From the NCBI GenBank assembly GCA_030704615.1, contig CM060733.1, positions 38,998,001-39,062,000 on the forward strand: a DNA stretch of 64,000 bases, written 5' to 3'. The translations under genes were made by a program, and so were the position numbers. Below, piece after piece: positions 20,550 through 33,228 of the stretch (positions are counted from its first letter, which is position 1; each line of letters starts with the position of its first letter). Under the pieces are notes generated by a model. The model had not been told where the DNA came from, did no database searches, and saw nothing but the letters and a program-made list of their open reading frames with translations. The DNA comes from Takakia lepidozioides (lineage: Eukaryota > Plantae > Bryophyta).

Positions 20550-23450
20550 ATGATGAGCCTCCACAGTGTTGCTTCCAGTTTCAATGACGGCCAAAAGCAA
20601 GGGAGTTGTTTCCAGACACTTTCTCCAAGTACCGTGTCACAGGTACGAGCTATACACAGTTCACTGATGAGAGGCACACTTCTATTGCAAGAAAGAACGA
20701 TTCAAGCTGCAAAAATGGGAGTTATAAATTGAAGGAGGAGGGTTGCAAGATTCGGCGAGCTTGGGGTCTCATAATTCGGATTGTGTTGAGGTTTCTAAGA
20801 GTGTATTTGTGGATTCCAACCTTCCTCATCTGCTCATACGGTCTTGCTTCCACGATATGAAGCCTCGGAAAACTCCATTGGACAACACCACGTCTGATTG
20901 TTGCGAATCTGCGAGGGGTTTTTATCTTCATCTCCACGACTAGCAGGGAGGCTACATCGCATTCCTTCTGGTGTGTTCCATTTTGAGTATCTTGGCCACT
21001 GCTCGGAGGAATGGATCAAAAGGAGAGCTTTCTACCTGGGACTTATAGTCACATTCCAGTGCATCGTGTTCGGTGTTCCTCGAGCTTTTGATGGAAAAGT
21101 GATCCACGAACTCCCCCCCGTGGTCAAAACTACGTACAGACCGTGGTTCACAGTCCTTCCAAGGCATGGACCGCAAGTTTGATGGTCATCCGTGTGCAAG
21201 ACCAATTACCTACAATATGTCTGGTGTTCTAGATCAGTGAAATGTAGTAAGGTTCTTTGTGTTGGAAAGCTCATATGTCAAAGCAGTACTGCCCTTCTTC
21301 AAGAAAGAGGAGAACGGAAAATGACCGCTATTGGGAAGGCAATGCAGACAAGGTGTTCATTGCAGGAGCCCAAGTTCCATTCAACAGTTCAAATGTAGTT
21401 TCTGCAAAGAAAGATCTTTCTGTGAGGCGCATTGGGGGCAAGAATGTACTACGTCACAAGTTCCTTCCAACATTATACACGTGTTGCAGTTCACGTTGGG
21501 TTTCATAACCATCCAGTGCCAAGGGCGAGAATAGAGAGGCTACGGAAAATGCATCAAGCATGATTCAAGAGCACGTAAGATGAAGCCATGGTCGGACCCG
21601 GGAGCTATTTCCTTGTCAATGGCCCAAAAGCTTTGATTGATCGAGTTCTTGTGGCTGATGGCACAAAAGACAGTACGTCTTGAGGGAGAGGCTCTTGGAA
21701 GATATTCTTGAAGAGTTTGCCCATGTTTGTAGACCCAATGTGGAAACAAGGTTCGATCTGCACGTGTCAATTCCACATGTCCATAATTGGAGTTGAAGCG
21801 TCTGAGTACATACCATTTCATTCACAGCAATCTCCTTCCAGGCCAACATACTTCTCATCTCCCCCATGTTTTCAAGATGTCTGTTGCTGGTCCGGGAGTA
21901 GTGTTGATCTTGTGCGTCGCATGAGTGAGGGGGATCTACGCACAAGTTGGGTATATATTTGACCATGTCAAACGCATCAAGGATTGACAACTCTTGCGTG
22001 TCATGTCTATGAACCATATGTCAAGCAAATGATGACCATTGCCATTTGCGATAGGAAAACAGAGGATGAAGATGCTCAGTGTTATCTGGGAGATGATCAA
22101 TGAAACAAGCAAAACTATGTGCTTGAACAAACCAAATTTTGCTGGTGGCTTCATGGAGGATGCAGCAGGAGCGAATTGGGCTGCTGTTCGAAGGGTTTAT
22201 GGATCTGATCCCAATGTCCCAATGGAAGGGTAAAGAAAGAACATGTTTATATCATGGGGCTGAAAGCCTCCGAAGACACACCAACGACTATATCTTGGAG
22301 GACTTCCGTGAAAGGCACACTCAGCTCTGTATGAATGGAAAGATAGTGCTACTTGGAGGATGCTACAACCACATACATTGCAATTCGGGCTTGGTGGCTC
22401 TCTTCAGGATCATGCACAGAAAAGGAATCTGCCAAAACTGGATTCATGGCTTGCATGGTGGCACTACAGATTCGAATGTGGGGCCAATGGATGAGAGAGG
22501 ACATGGATGTGGAGGGCAGATGCAGATATGCCTACCACTAATTTGTCTAGGCAGTCCATTCTGCTTGGTGGAAGACAGCAGGAAATGGGAAAAAAATGAA
22601 GGTGGATCTATATGAGGCCACCATGCATGACATGTCACGAGCTCTTTTGCAGCAGGCAATATTTACAGGCACACCACAGGAAAGACATGGGGGACGGGGC
22701 CGACAAAGAGGAGCTCATGTTGCGTCAAACAGCTAGATCTAATAGCCCAGCAAAAATGGGTAAGGTTGTACGTGGCATAGTAGCTGGAACAACCATGCAC
22801 ACAAAGGGGGGTCAATGGAGGGAGACAATCGCACTATTCCAGTCAAACGCAAGTTAGGCGATGAGCATGGTGGGCCAAATGAATCTTGGAGGTGTGATAT
22901 GAATGTAAAGAATGTTCCAGTGCGCGCACATGGGATGCCCAGTCCACACCAGCCATCTAGTTTGTCAGCTACAAATCAATCATGACATTCCTGGTTCTTC
23001 GATTTCTGTGAGACAAATCCACATGTGCTATCCCTCCTCAGCCAATGCAATGGGGAAATCCAGTGAGAGAAAAACACAAGACTTCCGATGCATTGTTCAG
23101 GATTAGCGGACAGGTCTGCTTCCATGGTTCGTTGTTCTGCTTGGTTGGAGTTTCCACAAGATAAATGCAAAGCGCTCATCAGGAAAGTAAAGGAAGTCCT
23201 GCACCTTGCTTCACTGGCAAGTACTAGCACTGAACATGAAAGAACCAAAACTGCAAGTTTTTGGTTTGCCCCACAGATGTTTTGTCGGTGTTGGAGGGAC
23301 CGTGCCATCCTATTGCTGGGGAGGGAAAACCGGGTTCTACCTAACGTGTGGATGTGGGAAGGGTTGAACCAACCTTACAAAGAAGAGGTGGAACAACTTG
23401 ACCCTTGCAGGTTTTCGCCTAGTCCATTCCCAACACCAACGTTCATGATC
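20550..23450 (+). pseudogene. Mutator-like GCM/DDE transposase, copy B, heavily frameshifted, cut by the assembly gap
   Basis: Fragments colinear with copy A: VPRAFDGKVIHELPP..GMDRKFDGHP, CVGKLICQ, WVYFDHVKRIK, MTIAICD, PNFAGGFMEDAAGANWAAVRRVYGSDPNVPMEG, ERTCLYH, IRAWWLSSG, DMPTTNLS, GADKEELMLR, FWFAPQMFCRC. The 5' boundary is approximate. Confidence 0.82.
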
Positions 23451-23513
23451 CGAACTTTCCTGTGGGACCAATTCCAGTGGAAAACATATTCATCAAGGGT
23501 GTCCTTCCTGGGG

Positions 23514-24013
23514 NNNNNNNNNNNNNNNNNNNNNNNNNNNNNNNNNNNNNNNNNNNNNNNNNNNNNNNNNNNNNNNNNNNNNNNNNNNNNNNNNNNNNNN
23601 NNNNNNNNNNNNNNNNNNNNNNNNNNNNNNNNNNNNNNNNNNNNNNNNNNNNNNNNNNNNNNNNNNNNNNNNNNNNNNNNNNNNNNNNNNNNNNNNNNNN
23701 NNNNNNNNNNNNNNNNNNNNNNNNNNNNNNNNNNNNNNNNNNNNNNNNNNNNNNNNNNNNNNNNNNNNNNNNNNNNNNNNNNNNNNNNNNNNNNNNNNNN
23801 NNNNNNNNNNNNNNNNNNNNNNNNNNNNNNNNNNNNNNNNNNNNNNNNNNNNNNNNNNNNNNNNNNNNNNNNNNNNNNNNNNNNNNNNNNNNNNNNNNNN
23901 NNNNNNNNNNNNNNNNNNNNNNNNNNNNNNNNNNNNNNNNNNNNNNNNNNNNNNNNNNNNNNNNNNNNNNNNNNNNNNNNNNNNNNNNNNNNNNNNNNNN
24001 NNNNNNNNNNNNN
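23514..24013. other. Assembly gap (500 N)
   Basis: Run of N. Confidence 1.
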
Positions 24014-27000
24014 ACACTTGATGACAGTTGGAGTTGCCTGCTGCTGCGCGCAGTCTGAATGTCTGACACAGGTCGGTGAAAGGAATAGCGTGGACTGTGT
24101 GGGAGAAGAAAATGCAAGGGAGTGTGAGACAAGTCAGTGACTGTGGCCAGACACGTCACACTGTTACCTGTTTCTATGAACATGCGTCCGTTGGCAATTC
24201 ATTCAAGCCAATGTTGCTCTACAAGGTTCTGACAACTGAACCTGACTTCACGTTCTCATGCCGAGCAATTTGTTCAATGCTACCTCTGTTCAAAGCATTG
24301 CTAATGCATGCACGAATAACATGAGGGTTCTTTGGGCTGATTTCCACAAACAATAACCAGTCGCTCTGGCAATCAAATCAAGATTTGCAAACATGGTTCC
24401 CAGAGTTGCTCAGAGCACGGAATCGGTAGATGTGCATGGCTTTTGGGCAGTTTGTGGGGAGGGAGTGTGACTGCAACTTGGGCAGCACCTGGCTGCTTGT
24501 TCTTCCCAATTTCCTAGTGCACAGATTTCAATGCTTGCAGCTGCACTCCTATCCCTGAGCCCAGCCAGAGAGATTTCCCAAACCGAGCTGGGAGCCATAG
24601 GGGGGCCAGGCTTGGTGTTGGGTGTTGGGTCCAAGATACCGGGAATCCCTCTCCACAATCTTCCACATTTAATGGGATAGAAAAACAGCCCATGTCATGC
24701 AGTTGGGAGTTTAGTAGTCTCGTACATCCACTGTGCTACAATGCAACGCTGCCGCCACGAACCACCACCTCACCTGGACAACAAATGCTGCATGTCTCCC
24801 ACCAGTCTCACCCATTGTTGTTTCACTGCAATACAAACTTGACTGGTTTGCAATAAGCTCAAGTGTGTTCCATGAATTAAAAAACCTCCCTCCCTCCCTC
24901 CTTTTCCCTGTTGAATTTCTGCATGAGACACAAAGTTCAATGACAACTACAAGATAAGACTTGGAAAATCTTACGTTCCCATAGAGACACATAAGCACAG
25001 AGCATGTGGTGTCCTTCTACTTGGCTCACAATTGTTGGGTCTCTGAATCTCATAAATCCGTTGAGTAAAGTGCAACCCAACAGTGTGTAGACATGTTGGT
25101 GAGTGAGTCTCTCCACCATTACTCACCCCTCACTGGGACTAGTCAAATCCATCTACTTACCTCCATCATACTCACCCAAGAAATGAACACAATAAATATA
25201 GGCGACGGCACTGATATAGAATGTGATGCACCCAATGAGAGAGCTCACATTACTTGCCGAGGATTCCCAGCAGCTATCATCAGTGATAACCTATTTTGCA
25301 GTCTTTATCACCTCCCCACTTGGGCCTGCTACCTTCATATTCCATCCCACTTTGAAACCCACACTCTAATATATATATATATACACGCAAAGGTTTATAT
25401 GAATGTTGGATATATATATATGCAAAGGTTTATGAACGTTGGGGAAAGGTGCCATGGATGAACAAAAGATGCAGGGCTCAACCTACATTCATCTCCAAGG
25501 TTGGTGTATAATTGAGGATCGGAGGCATGAAGCTCGTGACCGGAAAAAGGTGGTTATCACCCCGGATAAGGGGTCGGGAAGGTGATAAGCGGTCGGGTAC
25601 AGGAGACAGGTGTACGCAGGAAAGTGGCGGATACGAAAGTCGCACGGATTGGGTGGCCGTGATGATCAGCTCAACATCATGACGCGGATAAGCTTATCCG
25701 CAGGAAATGGTACTATGCATTGAATACGACCACTTTTCCGGCCACGTATCATCCGCCTCGCGAGTCGCCGTTACCTGCACCGGCAGCCCGGCAGGAGTCG
25801 GGCAGGTTTGACCCCCCTTCCCTGGATGACAGTTTTGACATCATTCATCCATCCACGTTGCCTGCCATCACGGAAAACATCTGACGAGCAGCAAGCGCCA
25901 AGTCCGACGGGGTGGCAGGCGAGCAGGGCGTGATATGTGGGCAGAGATAAGCCCTCCAGATATGCGTACTGGTCGACGCAGATATATCCCATATCTTTTG
26001 TCGGTGCGCTCTGCCATGCCGCGCTTATTTAACCACCGCGAGCACTCTGCTCCGACCGCCCCACTGCTCCGTTGACCTCTGATACGGTATCGTGTCGGGG
26101 GTCGGCCGCTTATCTTATCGTGTCATGTGCCTTCTGCCACCCTCTCGCCATTCCTCACATGTACCGCCATTAGGGCACTGCGCCGCACCCAGTAGAGCTT
26201 CTAGATGGATGAACAATGTTCATCCATTCCGGGAATAGTGCCTGGTGGACTCTGACAACCAGGAGGATAAGGGCAAGGGCGGATGAACGTCGACCAGGCG
26301 TGGTCAATGCGGTGGATGCAAATTTGGCAGCAGGGCATTCATCGATTTCAGGCGGCGAGCGAGGACAGGATAAGCCTCGCCAGCGCAGCCAAGCGTGCCT
26401 TGGGACGGCACGTCAGGCGCTGCCGATTGGGCAGCCTGGAAAAATGTCTCCTACCGCCCTGCCCGCCTGCCCCCCGGGCCCGAACTTGCAAAATCGAATA
26501 CTCAAGTGGAAATGATAAATCGGCAAATCAGATCGGATATGCACATTATTAGCGTTGAAAGTCTGGCACGTGGCAAGCCTCTTCCGACACCATAAATCGA
26601 CCAACGGTTTCCATTTGTCCGCCTCGGGATTCGATCCGACGTACGCTCGCCCACGTCGTCGGGGTAGTAGGTCGTAAGTTTCGGGCGACCTAACTGTTGA
26701 CTTGTTGGCAGGTGTTAGCTGGTTTGCTGGGCACGACGTAGTTTGAATGAAGTGAAAAAGTGAGGGGAAGGAAAGGGCGGGGTAGGTGGCACAGTTTGGC
26801 GGGCTGCGTTTTCTATTATTAATCACGCTCGTTGGACTCCGTGCTTTTCACACTGATGACCCCGATTATCGTTTTGTGACACTCGAGATGCTTTTTGTTT
26901 ACTACTTGTCCAAACTAAATGAATGCGAGTCGGGCTGGCAACTTGCTTTTATTTTCCCCACGCTTTTCTTACGAGAAAAAATGGAAACGAAAATTTTCGG

Positions 27001-28857
27001 GAAGAAAGGGGTGTAGCATGATGGAGTCGGTGAGCAGAGGCGGGGTGTGGATAATCTCGGAGCACAGTGCCATGCGCGTGGAGAGCTCGAATAGGGTGCG
27101 GCGACATATGTATGTGCTGAGAACGTGGGCACCATGCCACAGACACAAGGGGGGGGGGTCCACAGTCGAGAGAAGAAGTGAGCAAAGAGATAAGCTTTCG
27201 GTTTGTTGGATAGCGTTGCAGGACAGCAGTGGCATCCCCCAGTAAAAGAAGCCACAAAAACAAAGACATGAGATAAGCTTATCTTTCCTGTTTTGTGTGT
27301 GATCATGGCCGCCTCTTCTTTATTTACCTTTCTAGGAGCTTGAATTAGGGTTTTGTCGGCTCTTTTTACAGTGGCGAGGAGAATTTTTTGAGAAATTGGG
27401 TGTCGTAGACCCACACTGAGATTTGTGGATAAGCCCGGCAATTCTGTCACTCGAGTGCATTTTTTGATTTTCTGGTCATGCGGTACAACAATAGAATATT
27501 ATGTGGCATAGTACAGCCATTGACAATCAAACTCCCCGTTGGGTGGGAGGTTGATGTTTACGAAGCCCACGTTTGTAAGGGGAAAAGAAAAAGTTTTGTT
27601 TGACATCCAGGAGATTGGAACGAAGTCAAGAGACAGGTAAGTGTGATTTATCGACGGTAATATTTTTTAATAAATGTTATTATAATTTGACTTGACCGAA
27701 GTTTCCATTTGGCCGTCAAGCGAATGGACGGAGGTTGCAACGATGCTGAGTAGGTAACACGCAACCGCCACAAGCAGTTTAGTAGGGATGTGAATAATGT
27801 TGTGTTATTGTAGTGCAGTGTATGTGAAACTGCAAGTTTGATGCTACATAGTTCAAGACTAGCGACACATTCGATATATATACATATATTCCTTATTACA
27901 CCTTGAAATATGCATTTTACAGCCTTTCTCACAACCGACAATTTGCAATGGGTCAGAAGGTACTTACGGACTAGACGAATGGAAGTTCCTTGTTCGGGAA
28001 TGTGCCAATTTTTATTTCTAAAAATGTCTCCTCTATCAAATATTCCAATATATCCCCCATTCTGTGGGCTGCTTCTTCATACATACTAAATGTGCAGTAG
28101 GAAGATGGACTCTTTATCTATCAATTCAGAATCATGGAAGTCCTTTTAAATCAAAGTAGTTGTACTTGCTATGTAAATAGGGCTACCATCCAATCCGGAT
28201 CAAATGACTCTCTCTTTGCGAATCTCATCCCAGATTTGCCCAGATTTGCTACGCGTTTGTTGGTAGTACCGCCGCTTCCATAGTACTTGGACATTGCTCT
28301 ATTGTTATTGTTATTTGGCTACACTTAGATTCTGGGATACCATGTCATAATAACGGGATTTAAATTCTTTAGTAGTGTAGGTAAATGAATACAACATCTG
28401 CGGATGGTTAATACTAGGTGATCTCACAGTGATGGTGGTTGTGCGACACCAAAAAAATGTGGATGTGTTGTGGAAACAGGTGCAAATTATGGTGTCACCA
28501 AACCCCAAAGGATTGCTCCGGAGCACACAATGTATATACTGGGATAATGCCTGGTTTGGAAGCCACGCTGGAGTTACATCATCGAAGCGAGCATTTCCAC
28601 AAGTTGAGTCTAGATAAGGCTTAAGTTAAAGTAGGGTTAAGTTCGAGGGTGGCAGGCTTCAGGAAAAATAAAAATGGAAAATAAAACTAAGAAAAGGAAA
28701 AACAATAGCTTGGAGCTTTGGTTGGTAAATTTGGATGCATTTGTTTTATATCTATGCGCATTTTGGATATCCTAGTAGTTACGATTCTCTCGTATAGAAG
28801 ACATAACGAGGCTGTTCGATGGGTGTCGTTAATTGCAACAATACAGTTCCCGACAAC

Positions 28858-28938
28858 ATCAGATTCGCATGTTGATTGTTCCCCTAAATGATTTCTATCA
28901 GATTCGCATGTTGATTGTTCCCCTAAATGATTTCTATC
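28858..28938. repeat. Exact 39-bp tandem duplication
   Basis: ATCAGATTCGCATGTTGATTGTTCCCCTAAATGATTTCT x2. Confidence 0.95.
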
Positions 28939-29046
28939 GTGAGATATTCTCTCTAGATTCTCGAGAGTCCACCACTGAGCTACTACTGAGCAACTGGTAA
29001 ACCGGTAAAGCCCTGCAATGCTATTTATGGTTCAGAAAACCTTATA

Positions 29047-29240
29047 TACCATAGAGTCCTTCGATGTCCTGCGTTTATTAATTCAAATTTTGAGGTACCT
29101 TAATTACCTCCTTAGAGGTAATTTAGCTGTATGTGACCAACTTGTTCAAAAATTGTAAAAATCTAAATTTAGGTGCCGGACCTACTTTCTCTGAAATAAT
29201 TAAATAAGCAATGGCCCGGACATCGAAGGACTGTACGGTA
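29047..29240. mobile_element. MITE with ~23-bp TIRs and TA flanks (Tc1/mariner-like)
   Basis: Left TACCATAGAGTCCTTCGATGTCC versus right reverse complement TACCGTACAGTCCTTCGATGTCC; TA on both sides; AT-rich interior. Confidence 0.75.
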
Positions 29241-29694
29241 TATATTTTTATTTTTTCCATGTATTGATGCCCACTTAGTTTAGATTATTGCCTGAGAGGG
29301 TAAATTGTTGTTGAAAAATTGATTTATTTTGTAAGATGTGCTGAACCTACTCAATTATCTCTGGAGCAGACTAACGCTTAGCCCACGAGTTGAATGCAAG
29401 CGTGGGAGCCTTGCCGGTATGGTCGCTGGGGATGGCCATACCGGCGACGGTCCGGCGAGGTGCACTGTCAAATCCCCACCCCCCTTGCTCCCCACTCACC
29501 TGCGAGCCTGTATTTGTAGAGTAAAGCATTAGGAAATATGGTTTAGTGCAAGAAGCGGATGGTAGTGTGGTGGCTATGTGATGGATGTTGTAAAGATAAG
29601 GTTTGAGTTTCAATTCATGGCAACAAATTCAAGTTGGTTGGAGGTTTAATTCGTGGCAGTATAGTCAAGTTGATTGATAGGTAGGTTGCACATG

Positions 29695-30025
29695 GGACTG
29701 TTCCCTCTGTCCCCTCTTTGTTCCCAGTCCCGCTCCCCTATTCCTATTTGTCCTCGCTCCCATGTTCTTGGTCCCCGCTCCCCTCCTCGCCTTATGGAAC
29801 GCGGCTCGCCCCCTGTTCCCGGTCCTCGCTCCCCTCCTCGCCCCCGGTTCCCGACCTCACTCCCCTGTTCCTGATCTTGCTCCCAGTTCCCGACCCCGCT
29901 CCCTTACTCGCCCTGTGGAATGCGGCTCGCTCCCTTGTTCATGGTCCCCGCTCCCCTGTCCCACTATGGGGAGCAAGGATCTTGGACCGGGAACAGGGGA
30001 GCAAAATGGAGAATGTTGGGGAGCG
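29695..30025. repeat. Degenerate CCCCGCTCCC/GTTCC repeat block with inverted (GGGGAGC/GGAAC) copies at the right end; MITE-like
   Basis: Multiple tcccgctcccc and gttcc motifs over 29700-29960, then reverse-complement motifs over 29968-30025. Confidence 0.5.
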
Positions 30026-33000
30026 TGAGGAGGGAGCAGGAGGTGTGGAGCGCTCCCCACCCTGACACTGGGGGAAGACATTTGACAGGTAGTCTGCCGG
30101 AGCCTCCTGAGCTCAGGCCAGCCGGCCCCACCACCTCACACACTTGCCTTAAACTCGTTGGGTAAGCGTAATTCTTGCCATTATCTCTTGGGTTACGTAG
30201 CTCAAAACTCTTTTTTCGTTTTTTTAAAGGGAAAAACTGTTCGATCAAGAATAATCAATCTTATTAGTTTAGTTTAAAAAAGACACCTCCCGTGTGGATA
30301 AGAGAGGCGATCAGGTCGATCCCATGTGGGACGACCCCCGCCCTTATCCACATACTCACACCGCCCTGCTGACTGCATCACATCATTTGACGAAACTGCA
30401 CTGGGTATTATTATTATTATTATTATTATTATTGTCATTATTTATCTACTTACTTCCGTGGACTCCAAGACCAGACTGCAGAAAATAACCCTGTAAAATA
30501 CCTATACAACCAGTTTAAGTTAAGGATAATACCTAAAATTAATGAGCGAGTGCAACCTGGCCGCCGAGGCAGGTGGGCAAAGCAGGGCATATGCTACGAA
30601 ATATTCGTTACGCGTAGGGCCAGTCAGAGCAGAAAGCTGCCGGCATCGCTCGCTTGGCGCCTCCTTGTCTACAAACCCCCTCCCACGTGGTGGGTCGCGC
30701 ACAGCCGCACCCCCAGCGTGTGGATAAGGCACCCCACTCCGCGCGCCAACACCGTCGGAATCCGGTGACGGCGACGTGCACGCCATCGCAACGTGGCCTA
30801 CTGCCTACGTGGCCGCCTCTTGTTCCCTCCGTCCGCCGTCATTTGACGCCGTCGACCTCGGTTTCGCCAAGTTTCGTCACTTCTAAGATATACTGGCGAC
30901 AACCCTTTGTCTGATTATTACAAAAATGATAAATTCTGTTTTGCGGCGTGCTGCTCACCTACGTTTCTCCGACGGACCTTCCCGGCTCACTCTTTCCGGG
31001 ATCGAACCGTGAAACTTGGTCCCTTGAGGTGCCGAGTAAGGTTCAAAGCTCGTGACACCCACTTTGGCGAGGTATTATATATGCCATGACGTTAGTCGTG
31101 AGACAGCGTACTTACGTAGGTAGCGTGATACATTATCAAATGGATAACACTCTCCCTCAAATCTCAATCTTTATTGTTATCGAAGCATTATTGTTTCATG
31201 GATGAAGTAATCCAATAATAATTCAGCAAAGTTGCAAACAGACGAAAAGAAATTGAAATTTAATTTGCAAAATCCACGACCTAAGTTGTTTCTTAGCGGA
31301 AAGCAAGCAACAATAAATATCCTGCAAAAGCAACGCCCAATGTTATATTTCACAAAAGTTGACGCAATGGTCGATAAATATCGGCTTGAATGTCGCACAC
31401 GTATCTCCCGCTCGCAGCCGATTGCTTCGATGTCCACATCCCGCCCACCTGCCCTCGTCAATCATCCCGGGACCGCAAGATTATTGTGTTGACCGGGCAG
31501 CCGCGCGGATACCCGACCGTTGGATTATCAGCCTGGCCACCTGGGGGGCACGTGGGCCATCCGAGGTGGCAGCCGGTGGTAGAATCGAGGTGCCGCCCCA
31601 ATTTGGGCGATAATTAAGAGCAAAACAAGCGACCAGTGAGAACGCGCGCACACTGCCAACGTGCCACCTCGCCGGATAAGGCCTCAATCAGTGTCCCGCC
31701 TTCATCCACATCCTCCCGCCCGACGGATGATAAGCTGATGATCATCCTCGTGCTCAACAGGATTATTGACCGGACCGGGCGGACTCCGGAGTGTTCGGTG
31801 TTACTATTATTGCGTAAAAGACTAAAGACTGCGAGCACATTAACTACTAATGAGAAACAAACGCGGGCAGTGCCGATAATGTGTAAATCCGGTGAGTGCG
31901 GTCAAAGAGGAGGGCCTTATCTCTTTACTGTACTTTCACTCCTGTCTCGATTATTGTTTACTAGTTTCTTTATTATTGACTATGTGCACCGCACGCTCTG
32001 CTTGGCAGCATGCGCCATATTGAACTATAGACTTTGAATATATTAATTATATATAGACGGAAGATTGTAATTAATTTTGAATATGTGGGTGCGGCCCGTG
32101 CGCCAGCTGGGCTGACAGGGGGGGGGGCCATCAAGGCGCGAGAGTTAGTAAGTATTAATAAGTAGTAAGCGAGACGGGCAATGAATAAAGTAATTGCGTG
32201 GTGATATTAAGTACTGTGTACCAAAGATTTCTACTTATCTACAACTCGGTGCTTACCCCCGGGTCCGCACGCCCGGCCGGGCGCAGTACGGGGGTCATGA
32301 ATCACCCCCTCCGGCGGGGGTTGACCTGGCCCGCGTAAATCGCGGGTCCGGAGAGGGTATGGTGAAGGAGAAGGTTGCGTGGCCCGGTGAAAGGAGGGGC
32401 GGATGGAGAGATGGTGAGGGCGCTTATCCTGGGGTTGGTAGGGGTGGCCATGGCCTGATGTGTGGAGCAGCCATGGCCGTTATGGGATGTAATGGGATGG
32501 TGTGCGCTTATTTATGTGGTGCCGCGCTGTCAGAGGGCTGCCTCCATGGACCTCGCCTGCCCTGCCTCCGTCGTCGTCTCGCTGCGTGCTTTATAAGGCG
32601 GCCGCTGCGGCTGAGCGGGTGATGGTGTGGAGTGTTGTTACGTGTGTCTGTTGGAGTGTGTGAGAGAAGAGAAGCGTGATAAGTTTTGGGTGAAGCGGTG
32701 AGGGCGGGGAGGTAGATTACACTTTACTTTTCACAGCTATCTGCAAAGAGAGAGTTTGGCTGGGAGGCGAAGAGGCGCTGGAGGCAAGAGTGATTCACTG
32801 GTCTGTTTGTGAGGTGGAGGAGGAGGAGCCGCAGCATCTGAGTTGTTGGGGGAGGAGAGTTTTGGTAGATAGCGAGTGCTGTGAGGCTTGTGGCTTGTTG
32901 CCATAGCTTTCCAACGCTTGCGTTGGCTTTGTGCTTGCTGATGCCCCACAGGAGAGCGGTTTTCTTGCGGCTTCGATACTATTTCCCGAAGGAAGATGGC

Positions 33001-33228
33001 AATGGAAGAAAGGAGGAACAGTCTTGTGTACTGCTTCCGGGCATCTTTCTAGGGCTATCATACTCAGACGGCGTCCCCTTCAACTATCAAGAAACTTGCC
33101 AGCATATTCATCATAGGCAACGAAAGCAGAAGTATCGTGTCCTGCTGCCTTAAGCGACTACTTTTATTTGGTCACGAATTGTCCCTGTTGAGAGTATAAT
33201 TCCTAATTTGCGCGGCTCCATCCCAAGG

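Noticed and set aside
20550-23450. Treating every frameshift in transposase B as biological decay
   Set aside because: Dense 1-bp indels next to a gap, and in the neighbouring array, may be uncorrected long-read errors; status is uncertain.
23088-24183. Long ORFs spanning 23.1-24.2 kb
   Set aside because: Artefacts of the N gap.
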